A DNA stretch of 40,118 bases, filler included, from Candidatus Woesearchaeota archaeon (GCA_016180285.1; 2 parts of 2 records of this genome joined end to end with filler, not necessarily neighbours in it), one strand, 5' to 3'. Shown: positions 17,247 through 26,297, counted from the whole stretch's first letter. The notes: a model not told the origin generated them from the letters alone. Numbers and translations: made by a program.

Positions 17247-17900
17247 ATGGATCAGAAAGATGTATTGGAAGCATTGAAGAAGATAAAGGAAACTTCTACT
17301 AAGCGGAATTTCAACCAGACTTATGATCTAGTCATAACTTTGAAGGACATCGATCTTAAGAAGCAGGAGAACCATGTTGATTTCTTCGGGAATCTGCCTC
17401 ACAACAGGGGAAAGAAGATCAAAGTGTGCGCTTTTGCTGCGCCTGAGCTGAAAGATGAGGCAAAGGCTGTGTGCGACAATGTTGTTGATATTCTCGAGTT
17501 CCCGAAATATGCCCAAGACAAGAAATTAACAAAAAAACTTGCAGATGAGTTTGATTTTTTCATTGCGCAGGCAAATATAATGACGCAGGTAGCATCAGCT
17601 TTTGGCCGTGTTTTAGGCCCAAAAAACAAGATGCCAAATCCCAAGGCAGGATGTGTTGTCCCGCCAAAGACAAATTTAAAGCCATTGTATGCAAGGCTTC
17701 AAACAATGTTCAGGGTAAGCATTAAGAAGGATCCTATGATGCAAATTGCAGTCGGAAAAGAAGATATGAAAGACGAGGAAATCGCAGACAATATTGTCAG
17801 CGTTTATGACCAGCTGCTGCAGCATCTGCCCAATCAAAAGAATAACTTAAAAGCTGTTTACCTAAAGCTGACTATGGGGAAGGCTGTGAAGGTGGCATGA
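17247..17900 (+). CDS. rpl1: 50S ribosomal protein uL1
   Basis: KRNFNQTYDL; LPH.RG; DFFIAQA.IM..V...FGRVLGPKNKMP; LKLTMG. Confidence 0.97.
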   Translation: MDQKDVLEALKKIKETSTKRNFNQTYDLVITLKDIDLKKQENHVDFFGNLPHNRGKKIKVCAFAAPELKDEAKAVCDNVVDILEFPKYAQDKKLTKKLADEFDFFIAQANIMTQVASAFGRVLGPKNKMPNPKAGCVVPPKTNLKPLYARLQTMFRVSIKKDPMMQIAVGKEDMKDEEIADNIVSVYDQLLQHLPNQKNNLKAVYLKLTMGKAVKVA

Positions 17901-18958
17901 TGGAAGCGCATGTTTCAGAGGAGAAAAAGAGAAGCGTGGATGAAATAGCAAAGCTCATCTTAGAATATCCTATAATTGGCGCTGTAAATGTTGAGAACCT
18001 GCCAACTGCTCAGCTGCAGAAAATGAGAGGCCAGCTAAGGGGCAATGTTGTCTTAAGAATTGCAAAAAGAAGGCTGATAAAGCTGGCAATTGAAAAGGTT
18101 AAAACTGAAAAAAAAGGCATTGAAGCATTAGAGCCGCAGCTCATCGGAATGCCTGCATTGCTTTTCACAAAAGACAATCCTTTTGCATTATTTGGAAATT
18201 TGAAGAAGAACAAGTCAAAGGCGGCAGCGAAGCCTGGTCAGACTGCGCCGGCAGATATTGTGATTGAAGCCGGGCCAACGCCATTTTCTCCGGGGCCAAT
18301 AATAAGCGAGCTGACTATGGCGGGATTGAAGACTGGAGTTGAAGGCGGAAAAGTTGCAATAAAGATGGAAAAGGTTGTTGTAAAGAAAGGCGATGTTATA
18401 GATGCGAAGATGGCTGGCCTGCTTGTGAAATTTGGTAAAGAGCCAATGGAGATTGGCCTGGATCTTGTTGCTGCTTATGAAAACGGAATGGTGTTCAACA
18501 AAGATGTGCTGGATTTTGATGCAGATAAATTTATGATTAACGTCAGCGAAGGGGCAAGGTATGCCATTAATCTTGCAATTGAGATCGGATTCCCGACTAA
18601 GGAAACCATTGAGATAATGATTAGCAAGGCTTATCTGGAAAGCAAGGCTTTGGCTGCTGAGCAGAAAATAGAAGTTGATGCAAAACAAAGTGAAAAGAAA
18701 GAAGAAGTAAAAGCTGAAGGAGCAAAAGAAACAAAACCAGATGAAGTGAAAGAAGCCAAAGCAGAAACAAAAGAAATCAAAGAAGAAAAAACAGAACCTA
18801 AACATGAAATCAAAGAAAAGAAAACCTCTGACGAAGTGCTGAAAACCGAAGAAGTGAAGGATAAAGATTACAAAGAAAAGAAAGACCAAAAAGAGGTTGA
18901 AGGTATTGTAGAGAAATTAAAAAAAGGCGAATTTGACAGAAGCAAAAAATACGCTTAA
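17897..18958 (+). CDS. rpl10: 50S ribosomal protein uL10 (P0), with long Glu/Lys-rich C-tail
   Basis: LP..QLQ.MR.QLRG; ALLFT..NPF; AKPGQ.AP.DIVI.AGPT.F.PGP.ISEL; P.EIGL.L.AAYE.G. Confidence 0.96.
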   Translation: MMEAHVSEEKKRSVDEIAKLILEYPIIGAVNVENLPTAQLQKMRGQLRGNVVLRIAKRRLIKLAIEKVKTEKKGIEALEPQLIGMPALLFTKDNPFALFGNLKKNKSKAAAKPGQTAPADIVIEAGPTPFSPGPIISELTMAGLKTGVEGGKVAIKMEKVVVKKGDVIDAKMAGLLVKFGKEPMEIGLDLVAAYENGMVFNKDVLDFDADKFMINVSEGARYAINLAIEIGFPTKETIEIMISKAYLESKALAAEQKIEVDAKQSEKKEEVKAEGAKETKPDEVKEAKAETKEIKEEKTEPKHEIKEKKTSDEVLKTEEVKDKDYKEKKDQKEVEGIVEKLKKGEFDRSKKYA

Positions 18959-18984
18959 AATTTAAATTTAAAAAAATAAAATTT

Positions 18985-19023
18985 GGAGGTACTGAGAAAT
19001 TGCAAGCAATTTCTGGTACCTCC
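18985..19023. repeat. Near-perfect palindrome between rpl10 and rpl12
   Basis: GGAGGTAC-TG-AGAAATTGC-AA-GCAATTTCT-G-GTACCTCC; the TGCAAGCA apex also occurs at 23215-23222. Confidence 0.7.
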
Positions 19024-19048
19024 TCGTAAAAACTCGGAGGAAAGCAAA

Positions 19049-19348
19049 ATGGAATATGTGTATGCGGCAATGCTGATCCATAAAGCGGGCGGCAAAATTA
19101 ATGAAGCCAGCCTGAAGAAAGTGCTGGAAGCTGCTGGCGTAAAAGCAGATGAAGCCCGCGTGAGGGCATTAGTGGCTGCTCTTGAAGGAGTCAATATAGA
19201 TGAAGCTATCAAGAAAGCTGCTGTTATGCAGAGCGCAGCTCCTGCTGCTGTGGAAGCAAAAGCCGAGAAGAAGGAAGAGAAATCAGCAGAAGAAGAGAAG
19301 AAGAGCGAAGAGCAGGCTGCTGCCGGCTTAGGCGCCTTGTTCGGCTAG
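19049..19348 (+). CDS. rpl12: 50S ribosomal protein P1/L12 stalk
   Basis: Start set at 19049 (GGAGG RBS); [16 protein letters not shown]-terminal [10 protein letters not shown]. Confidence 0.97.
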   Translation: MEYVYAAMLIHKAGGKINEASLKKVLEAAGVKADEARVRALVAALEGVNIDEAIKKAAVMQSAAPAAVEAKAEKKEEKSAEEEKKSEEQAAAGLGALFG

Positions 19349-19402
19349 ATTTTTTGTTTTTTTTATTTTAATAATAACAACAAAACAGTGTGCGTGAGTG
19401 GA

Positions 19403-20284
19403 ATGCAAGAAGATAATAAGAAATTATTTAAAGAATATGATGAGCTGAAAAAAGAAATAATGGCATTAAGGCTTCAACTGAACAGCATTGATGCTGAGAA
19501 AGAAGCTGCCTTTGGCAAAAAGGATGCTGTAACAAAAGAGATTTCTGATCTTATTAAAAAGGTAAAAGAGCTGAAGAATAAAAGAGATGACCTGACAAAG
19601 CAGGTTAAGTCTTCCAAGGAGAAAAGAAAAGAGCTAAATGACGTAATTGTCAAAAAGATAGAGGATGTTAAACAGGTAAATGCTGAGAAAGAGTCTTTTT
19701 TGAAAAAATTTGGATTAAAGGAAGCCCCTTCAAGGGTAAAAGAGGAAATTGACAGGCTGGAGATGAGCATTGAAACCAGCGGCATGTCTTTTGAAAAAGA
19801 AAAAGAAACTATGAAGAAAATAAAGAACCTGAAAAAGAGGTATGATGAAACAAAAGAGATAAATGCCCTATTTGACAAGTCAAGAAGCATGTCAAAAGAG
19901 ATTGACAGGCTGAAGGATGATGCTGAGGAAGTGCACCAAAATGTGCAGAAGGATGCTGCTGAAAGCCAGAGGAGCCATGAAGAGATGCTTGAATTGAGCA
20001 AGAAGATAGATGAATTAAAGCCAAAGGAAGAGGATGCTTACAAGAAATTCTTTGAATTGAAGCAGAAATTTACAGAGGTCAATAATTCCCTGAAAGAACA
20101 GCTTGAGAAGCTGAATGAGGCAGCGCAAAAACTTGGAGTTGAGAGGGAAAGGGGAAGGTCAGAAAGGAAAGGCAGGCAAGAAAGCATACTGCGCAGCAAG
20201 GAAGAAGATGTAATGGATAAGATCAGGAGAGGGGGGAAGCTGACCACAGAGGATTTAATAGTGTTCCAGGGGATTAAGGAATAA
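19403..20284 (+). CDS. Archaeal coiled-coil protein (COG1340-like)
   Basis: Long heptad pattern; EIDRLEM.IETSGMSFEKEKE; C-terminal GGKLTTEDL. Confidence 0.8.
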   Translation: MQEDNKKLFKEYDELKKEIMALRLQLNSIDAEKEAAFGKKDAVTKEISDLIKKVKELKNKRDDLTKQVKSSKEKRKELNDVIVKKIEDVKQVNAEKESFLKKFGLKEAPSRVKEEIDRLEMSIETSGMSFEKEKETMKKIKNLKKRYDETKEINALFDKSRSMSKEIDRLKDDAEEVHQNVQKDAAESQRSHEEMLELSKKIDELKPKEEDAYKKFFELKQKFTEVNNSLKEQLEKLNEAAQKLGVERERGRSERKGRQESILRSKEEDVMDKIRRGGKLTTEDLIVFQGIKE

Positions 20285-20292
20285 AGTTTTGT

Positions 20293-20991
20293 TTATTGGC
20301 TTATTGCCTGCTCCAATTTATTTATCATTTTTTCTGAGAATTCAATATTATTTGAAGGTAATTTTTCTATTGAAAACACGCCCTTAAACGCATCTATGAA
20401 ATTTTTGTTTTTGATTGTCTCTTTAAATCTATTCGTGCATTCTTTTAGTTTTGTTAAATCCCCTCTTTTTGCAAAATCAACCATTTTATTGATATCTATG
20501 CCTTCGCACATTGCAACTACATCTCTGACATCTGTCAATCTGCAGGCGTGGATCTTTGTTGCAATTAATAATTCCCTTGCAGGAATGCTTAATTTGATGC
20601 TTTTTTCTATGCCTTTTATCTCCATCTCAATATGATTGTTCTTAAACAGCTCAAAACTCCATGAGGCATCTGTTTGCCTGCTTGAAACGGCATTTATCAG
20701 CAAATCAACTGTTACTGATAATCCTGTGTTTTTAACAAAAGCCCTAAATTTGCCGTTGTAGATATTTTCAAGATTCATTGATTTATATGGCTTAAAATTA
20801 TTCTTTTCAAGAATCTCAATAATTTTATCTAATTGATCTTCTTTAACAACAATATCAGCATCAACTGAAAACCTGTGCTTAAAGGCTGACACAGCATACC
20901 CCCCAATCAAAATAAAATCTAGTTCATTAGACTTCAATTCAGCTAAAATATTGAATATTTCATTTTCCCTATTAATGAATTCTTTTAGCAC
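20293..20991 (-). CDS. Nucleotidyltransferase (AbiEii/MNT-like toxin)
   Basis: LIGGYAV....RFSVDADIV (GG...D.D), VDLL, LIATK...R..D..DV. Confidence 0.8.
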   Translation of the reverse strand: MLKEFINRENEIFNILAELKSNELDFILIGGYAVSAFKHRFSVDADIVVKEDQLDKIIEILEKNNFKPYKSMNLENIYNGKFRAFVKNTGLSVTVDLLINAVSSRQTDASWSFELFKNNHIEMEIKGIEKSIKLSIPARELLIATKIHACRLTDVRDVVAMCEGIDINKMVDFAKRGDLTKLKECTNRFKETIKNKNFIDAFKGVFSIEKLPSNNIEFSEKMINKLEQAISQ

Positions 20992-21648
20992 TTACATCAT
21001 CTCCTTTTCGGCATATTTAATTTTCATATTCAAACCGTACATCTGATCCAACATCTCTAATGCAGGCTCGAAGTTATAAATGTATTTTCTTGCATATTCG
21101 ATTGTTTCTTTTAATGGAACTACAAATACGCCATTCACAAATTCCTTTTCAATTTTTTTCTTAACTATTAAGATGAAATATATGCCTTTTTTTCTTTCAA
21201 CCCTTCTTGAATATCTGACAGAGAACTTATCAAAAAACCTGCACCATTTGCCTAAATCTTCCTCTAAGATTTCTATAAATATCGGATATCTGTCCTTGCT
21301 TCTTCCTATGTTATAGCCTCCCTTCGTCCAAATGAAAACAGCATCTGTGGCTGTGAAAGCATAATCTAACCCTGTTAAGTTCGGCAACGAATAAGCATCT
21401 GCTAAGCTTAATCTCTCTTTCAACACCTTCTTGATGAAAGCTACAAATTCCCTGTAAAATGCGTTTTCTTTGTCTATTTTTATCTTCTGGCCCTTTCTTT
21501 CTATAATGCCTAAATCAACCAACTTCTGCATCCAGTTATATGTCCATGCATAAGACAAATCAATGCGTTTAGAGATGACCCTAATTGAATCGTTATCCCT
21601 TGCGGTTATCAAGATTTTTACAATATATGGATTTATTACTTCCATCAT
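20992..21648 (-). CDS. HTH transcriptional regulator / antitoxin-like partner (AbiEi-like)
   Basis: N-terminal HTH (DSIRVISKRIDLSYAWTY.W...L...GII), then YAFT..DA...WTKGGY; abuts the NTase gene; palindromic operators upstream. Start uncertain (21645-21657). Confidence 0.7.
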   Translation of the reverse strand: MMEVINPYIVKILITARDNDSIRVISKRIDLSYAWTYNWMQKLVDLGIIERKGQKIKIDKENAFYREFVAFIKKVLKERLSLADAYSLPNLTGLDYAFTATDAVFIWTKGGYNIGRSKDRYPIFIEILEEDLGKWCRFFDKFSVRYSRRVERKKGIYFILIVKKKIEKEFVNGVFVVPLKETIEYARKYIYNFEPALEMLDQMYGLNMKIKYAEKEMM

Positions 21649-21715
21649 AGTTATCATTATAGTGATAACTTATATATAAATGCTTCTATTTTTTTAGTTA
21701 CCTATTTGGTAACTA
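21649..21715. promoter_or_regulatory. Two related palindromic operators flanking the TATA box of the HTH/NTase operon
   Basis: AGTTATCA-N6-TGATAACT (21649-21670) and TAGTTACC-N5-GGTAACTA (21695-21715) on either side of TTTATATA (minus strand). Confidence 0.6.
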
Positions 21716-21780
21716 TAAGAAAGGGGAGAAATTAATCACAGATGATCTGATTGTGCTTCGGGGAATGAAAGAATAAGAAA

Positions 21781-22026
21781 CTATTTCTTTGTAAACTCAG
21801 TATACCCGCAATTGCCGCATGATTCGCGATCTTTATGAATTGCCATGAAAAAGCCTGATCCGCATTTTGGGCAGAACTTGTTCTTTCTCTTTACGCCGCT
21901 GCCTGCTGCTTCATAATATTTCCATGTTTTTGAGGGGACTTTGTTTTTAGCCCTTGATTTTTTACCTTCTGACTTTTCTTTAGGCTCTTTCCTGGCTTCT
22001 TTTTTTATTTCTTTTTCTTCTGCCAT
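21781..22026 (-). CDS. rps27ae: 30S ribosomal protein eS31 (S27ae)
   Basis: KYYE......[25 protein letters not shown]. Confidence 0.96.
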   Translation of the reverse strand: MAEEKEIKKEARKEPKEKSEGKKSRAKNKVPSKTWKYYEAAGSGVKRKNKFCPKCGSGFFMAIHKDRESCGNCGYTEFTKK

Positions 22027-22034
22027 TTTGATTT

Positions 22035-22367
22035 TTATTTCTTTGCCTCTTCTGCCGGCTTTTCTGCGGATTTTTCTGTCTTATCAGCTTTCTTTCCTGC
22101 CTGCCTGCTCAGGCTGTACTTTGGCTCTGCTTTTTCCAGGTCTTCTTTTTTGCTGTATGCTGCTGCTTCGACAACTGCTGTGTTAGAGCCGAATTTTGTG
22201 AATATGTTTTTAACTATTACAAGTGATTCTTCTTTTTTTAACTGCGATGCAAGCGCTTTCCTGATTTCAGGTATAGATGGTGTTTTTCCCTCGTATAAAA
22301 GCTGCGCTTTTATTTCTGTTCTTGAAAAAAACACATTTTGCTTCTGCTCTGCTATCTTGAGTTCCAT
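22035..22367 (-). CDS. rps24e: 30S ribosomal protein eS24
   Basis: N..F.R.EI......GKTPS..EIR..LA..L......IV...I.TKFG......A..Y......K.EP. Confidence 0.93.
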   Translation of the reverse strand: MELKIAEQKQNVFFSRTEIKAQLLYEGKTPSIPEIRKALASQLKKEESLVIVKNIFTKFGSNTAVVEAAAYSKKEDLEKAEPKYSLSRQAGKKADKTEKSAEKPAEEAKK

Positions 22368-22373
22368 TGAATT

Positions 22374-22559
22374 TCACCTTAGCTTGATTGCGTATTCGCC
22401 TTTTGCCTCAAGGCCGATTTTCTTTGCTATTGCTGATTTTTTCGGGTCAAGAATGTAGATCCTGCCCTGCCATGTATTTGAAAACTGGCTGCCCTTGCAT
22501 ATCGGACAGGTGCTTTCTTCAACAAATATCTTGCATTGCCTGCATGCCTTTTTTTTCAT
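22374..22559 (-). CDS. spt4: Transcription elongation factor Spt4 (RpoE'')
   Basis: Start set at 22559; KACRQCK......CPICK...FS..WQG...ILDP.KS.IAK.IG....GEYAIKLR. Confidence 0.95.
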   Translation of the reverse strand: MKKKACRQCKIFVEESTCPICKGSQFSNTWQGRIYILDPKKSAIAKKIGLEAKGEYAIKLR

Positions 22560-23152
22560 TTTGACTTCTTCTTTTCTGCCGGCTTTTTCTCTTTTTCTGG
22601 CTCTTCTGCCGGAGCTTTTTTCAATTCCTCTGCCAGCCATTCAATTTTTCCCAATCCAGGCTGCCTCATTGTAAGCCCGATTTTAGGATTTGTAACGTCT
22701 TTAAAGGAAACTGCTATGATTCTTGCCCTGCAGTTATCGCCTACTTTTAATGTTCTTTTTGAATCCTTGCCCTGCAGGACTTTGTCCTTGCTGAAGCTTA
22801 CGAAATCGTCCATTGTCTGTGAAACGTGAATCATGCCTTCTATCGGGCCGATTGTTATGAAAGCGCCGAAATCAGCCACATCCTTTATTTTGCCCAAAAT
22901 AACTTCCTGAAGCTCAGGCTTGAATGCTATAAGGCTGAATGATGTTTCATAATAAGCAGCGCCATCGCCAGGGATGATTATGCCTTCTTTTACATTGCCT
23001 ATGTCGAGGACATCTATGATGACTCCCAGATCCTTGTCTATAAAGCCCTCGTACTTCTTCTTCACTCTCTTTGTGATTGCTTCTTTGAGCGGCAATCCAA
23101 ATAAGTCAGGCGGAACTCTTATATGGTCTGCTAGCTCTAGTTTGTAGAACAT
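22556..23152 (-). CDS. rpoE1: RNA polymerase subunit E' (Rpo7)
   Basis: RVPP..FG; G.IIPGDGAAY; FGAF..IGP.EGMIHVSQ; KIGLTMRQPGLGK.EW. Confidence 0.97.
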   Translation of the reverse strand: MFYKLELADHIRVPPDLFGLPLKEAITKRVKKKYEGFIDKDLGVIIDVLDIGNVKEGIIIPGDGAAYYETSFSLIAFKPELQEVILGKIKDVADFGAFITIGPIEGMIHVSQTMDDFVSFSKDKVLQGKDSKRTLKVGDNCRARIIAVSFKDVTNPKIGLTMRQPGLGKIEWLAEELKKAPAEEPEKEKKPAEKKKSK

Positions 23153-23200
23153 TTAGAATACGGATTAAGGGTGGATTTTTAAAGCTTTTGGTTTTTCTTG

Positions 23201-23313
23201 TCAAGTGTCAAAAATGCAAGCATTTTTGACACTTGATCATGCTCAAAAATTTTCAGAAACAAAAAAAGTTGGCTTTTAGCCACCAGTTACAAACTGGTGG
23301 AAAATTTTTGACA
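23201..23313. repeat. Composite palindromic MITE/REP-like element
   Basis: Perfect 17-bp inverted repeat TCAAGTGTCAAAAATGC-AA-GCATTTTTGACACTTGA, followed by CATGCTCAAAAATTTTC...GAAAATTTTTGACA enclosing the hairpin CCACCAGTT/AACTGGTGG. Confidence 0.7.
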
Positions 23314-23366
23314 TTTTAAAAAACCAAATGCTTGAAAAGTGAAACTTTTCTTTGCTTACGTTTTTT

Positions 23367-23777
23367 TTATTGCTTAAACGGGCTGAAGTTCTGCTTCAGC
23401 AGGTTTTGTATTGGCAGGAAAAGTGGCTGCGGCAGTTTGCTCCACTCAAACCATTCCCATTTTTCGCATTTATCCGGCTCCATAACAATAGCTTCGCCAG
23501 AAGCGTATTCAGAAACTATAAACAAGGTAACATAGTGCTTTCCCTCTTTTTTAAAAATATCTTCGGTAAATGTCCCCATCCTGATGTTTTTTATATTAAT
23601 GCCTGCTTCTTCCCGGACTTCCCGCCTGGCGCAGTCTTCTATCTGTTCGTTAAGCTCAAGATGCCCGCCAGGGAAACCCCATGAGCTTTCACCATGCGCA
23701 TTTTTTCTTCTGCCTAAAAGAACCTTGTTATTATTAATTACAATAACACCGACCCCTATTTTCGGCATGTTTTCCAT
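23367..23777 (-). CDS. NUDIX hydrolase (NUDT15/MutT-like)
   Basis: Nudix box PGGHLE..EQIEDCARREVREEAG; EPDKCEKWEWF.W..LP.PLF; start set at 23777. Confidence 0.93.
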   Translation of the reverse strand: MENMPKIGVGVIVINNNKVLLGRRKNAHGESSWGFPGGHLELNEQIEDCARREVREEAGINIKNIRMGTFTEDIFKKEGKHYVTLFIVSEYASGEAIVMEPDKCEKWEWFEWSKLPQPLFLPIQNLLKQNFSPFKQ

Positions 23778-23778
23778 T

Positions 23779-24165
23779 TTAGCCTGTTGACATTTCAAGA
23801 TATTTTTTATTTCTTAAGAATATTGTATTTTTCCCCTTTAGGCGCTTTCTCAGCTCCCTGTCCTGGGTTGCGATGATGTTGTTCCCGTCTTCTGACAGAT
23901 CAACGAGAAGATCGTCCACTGTCTTGCCTGAATTTGTCTTTATTATGCCTATTTCCTTGTTTTCGATCAGCTGAAGCGCCAGCCTGGCTTTTGCCTTTTC
24001 CTTTCCTTTCTGGGCTTCAATCATCTTTTTCAGCTCTTCAACTGATTTGTCCAGAACAAAAAGAGAATAATTGAAACTGCATATTCTGTTTATTTCCGAG
24101 AAAATGTCTACTTTGAACTCTGCCGGAATTGTCAGGAAGTTTGTGTCAATGATTATTGCCTTCAT
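23779..24165 (-). CDS. PIN-domain protein (Fcf1/Utp24-like)
   Basis: IIIDTNFL.IP..FKVDIF; V..EL; VDD.L; ATQD..L; usual position upstream of rpoE1. Confidence 0.9.
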   Translation of the reverse strand: MKAIIIDTNFLTIPAEFKVDIFSEINRICSFNYSLFVLDKSVEELKKMIEAQKGKEKAKARLALQLIENKEIGIIKTNSGKTVDDLLVDLSEDGNNIIATQDRELRKRLKGKNTIFLRNKKYLEMSTG

Positions 24166-24195
24166 AAGAAAAGGTATTTTTTTGCTGTTTTTAAA

Positions 24196-25044
24196 TTATT
24201 GCATCCCAGATGCCCATAAGCTGTCTATCGGGCTTGTTACATTGATCATTCTTGGAGAAGCCATATGCACGTAAACCATTGTTGTAGCTGCGCTGCTGTG
24301 GCCCAGCAAGGACTGGACAGAAGCAACATCATAGCCATTTTCAATAAGGTGTGTTGCAAAGCTGTGCCTCAATGTATGAGAATGAACATTCTTTTCAATT
24401 CCGGATTTTTTTGCTGCATTCTTGATTATTTTCTGGACTGCCATCACAGTTATATGATCATTCCTGCCTTTAAAAAGCCACGAATGATGGCAAGGGCATT
24501 CAACCGCCATATGGCTCATCAGCTCTTCCCTGAGTTTTTCTGCCACTATAAACAGCCTGTCTTTATTGCCTTTGCCTCTTCTCACCCAGCCGTAATTTCT
24601 GCTGAATTCAAAATTCTCAGGCTTCAAATTAACAAGCTCGCTAACTCTTAAACCGGCAGAATACAGCAGCTTCACCATGAGCCTGTGCTTTGGGTTGCCT
24701 ATTGCATTGATCAGCCTCTTTGTTTCCTCTTTTGTAAGCACAACAGGCATTTCCTTCGGTGTCTTTGAAAATCGTATATTTAACAAAAGCCGCTTGCGCA
24801 TAATTTCGTTATAAAAGAATTTTAAAGCGTTAAGATAAACATTTACTGTATTGCCTGCTTTGCCTTTCTCGACCAGCCCATCAAGATAACTTTCTATATC
24901 AAACTTTTTAACTTCTTTTGGATCTTTACCGCACTGCATGAAAAAGAGCTTTACACACTGCTTATATGTTTTTATGGTTCTTATGCTCAGGCCTCTTCTC
25001 AGGCCGATCTTCCTTATCAATTCGGGAATGTCCGTGCTGATCAC
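24196..25044 (-). CDS. Xer-family tyrosine recombinase 2 (with N-terminal SAM-like domain)
   Basis: LRRGLS.RTIKTY; LYSAGLRVSE; GKGNKDR; HTLRHSFATHLIENG; LLGH; TTMVYVH. No IntI-specific insertion. Confidence 0.95.
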   Translation of the reverse strand: MISTDIPELIRKIGLRRGLSIRTIKTYKQCVKLFFMQCGKDPKEVKKFDIESYLDGLVEKGKAGNTVNVYLNALKFFYNEIMRKRLLLNIRFSKTPKEMPVVLTKEETKRLINAIGNPKHRLMVKLLYSAGLRVSELVNLKPENFEFSRNYGWVRRGKGNKDRLFIVAEKLREELMSHMAVECPCHHSWLFKGRNDHITVMAVQKIIKNAAKKSGIEKNVHSHTLRHSFATHLIENGYDVASVQSLLGHSSAATTMVYVHMASPRMINVTSPIDSLWASGMQ

Positions 25045-25207
25045 TTCTTTTTAATCAAAACTTAATTCGATCTTATTTATATATGTTTCAGCCGCAGGTG
25101 TCCAGTGTGTCCACTGTAAAACTACGACTTCAGAATAGAGGCGGAAAAACGCGTTATGATCCTCAAAACTTTGGCATTATAGGGCTCATAACGGCCAAAG
25201 ACAGGTG

Positions 25208-25235
25208 AGTTTGCATATATTAAGTTATATTTAAT
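25208..25235 (+). other. dif/attI-like site upstream of recombinase 2
   Basis: AGTTTGCATAT-ATTAAG-TTATATTTAAT (11-6-11), resembling GGTGCGCATAA-TGTATA-TTATGTTAAAT. Confidence 0.5.
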
Positions 25236-25322
25236 TATTACTCGGCGTTTTGAAATTTATAAAAAATAAATTTGAAAAGAAAAGAGAGCAAAACGCCTGC
25301 GTCATAACTCTGCGGATTTCTG

Positions 25323-25422
25323 NNNNNNNNNNNNNNNNNNNNNNNNNNNNNNNNNNNNNNNNNNNNTTAATTAATTAANNNNNNNNNNNNNNNNNNNNNN
25401 NNNNNNNNNNNNNNNNNNNNNN
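25323..25422. other. Assembly gap with artificial TTAATTAATTAA linker
   Basis: 100 positions of N with a six-frame-stop linker at 25367-25378; the two sides may not be truly adjacent. Confidence 0.95.
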
Positions 25423-25692
25423 TCCGAATTTTTCAGCATCGCCTTTTAAATCTTCAAGATCCTCTTCAAAAGAAATAAACAGCCCCTTTTCCCCTCTTTT
25501 TATTCCTTCGTGGAGAAACTGCATCCCGAAAATTGTTTTTCCGGTTCCTGCGCCGCCAGTAACAAGATTGACGCTTCTCGGCATCAATCCGCCTTCGCAA
25601 AGCCTGTCAAATCCGGGGATGCCGGATGCAAGCCTTTTATTGTTCTGCAGGGTTTTTCCAGCTGTTTTCAGATTTTTTCTTTTTTTAGACAT
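25423..25692 (-). CDS. KaiC/RecA-superfamily ATPase, N-terminal part (truncated by the gap)
   Basis: SGIPGFDRL.EGG; Walker A GGAGTGKT; QFL.EG...GEKGLFISFEE. Confidence 0.9.
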
Positions 25693-25701
25693 TTATGCTC
25701 C

Positions 25702-26070
25702 TTATTTTTCAGATGCAATATCCAAAAATGACTTCAATGCGACAATAAAACCGCCTGATGCTATGAATACAGTCAGATTCTGCAGCATCTTGCTCAGCGC
25801 ATCATTAAAAACAGGCACTTTCTCGAGCACAGCATTAAAGCTTGAAAATGTGATTATCATTGTTATTGTCGCAACCAGATAAAGCAGCTTCTCTTTGTCT
25901 GTTATGTTCAGGAGGCCGACAACTAGGCCGAGAATTGCTATAATTATTACTTCAATTGCAGCATATTCTGCAGGAAGATTAAATGCTCCCATTACAATTG
26001 CTATTACCGCTCCAACCAGAAAAGAAGCAATGCCTATTTTCTCCAAAAAAGTTCCTTTTGATTTAGCCAT
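25702..26070 (-). CDS. Small membrane protein (about 4 TM)
   Basis: 122 aa; GAGGTG RBS; LGLVVGLLNITDKE...L.AT motif. Confidence 0.75.
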   Translation of the reverse strand: MAKSKGTFLEKIGIASFLVGAVIAIVMGAFNLPAEYAAIEVIIIAILGLVVGLLNITDKEKLLYLVATITMIITFSSFNAVLEKVPVFNDALSKMLQNLTVFIASGGFIVALKSFLDIASEK

Positions 26071-26172
26071 TTTTCACCTCTTTGAACAGCACAATATTAT
26101 AATGGTGTCTTAACTAGAGTTATATTTAAAACTTGTTGTTTTATCAGGTAAAGTTTCTAACCATACACTAAC

Positions 26173-26289
26173 GAAAAACACCACCACAACTGACGGCAGA
26201 CGGTCAAAGCTCACTTCGTTTGCTTTGCCCTACGAGCCACCCCGTAAGGGACATCCCCCGTCTCGTCTGCGTCAGTGATGGTGTTTTTC
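26173..26289 (-). repeat. Structured three-way-junction repeat, copy C
   Basis: Minus strand: GAAAAACACCATCA-CTGACGCAGAC-GAGACGGGGGATG-TCCC-TTAC-GGGG-TGGCTCGTA-GGGCAAAGC..GCTTTGACC-GTCTGCCGTCAG..TGGTGGTGTTTTTC. Confidence 0.7.
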
Positions 26290-26297
26290 TCCCAACT

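Noticed and set aside
18215..18889. 224-aa Phe-rich minus-strand ORF, and the other antisense/alternate-frame ORFs over core genes
   Set aside because: Shadow of the GAA/AAA-rich rpl10 tail; the others overlap well-supported genes.
24196..25044. Canonical integron integrase IntI
   Set aside because: No IntI-specific insertion between the KG.KDR patch and the HxLRH box; kept as Xer-like.
25367..25378. TTAATTAATTAA palindrome as a biological site and as the stop of the KaiC-like ORF
   Set aside because: It is embedded in Ns and is an artificial scaffold linker.
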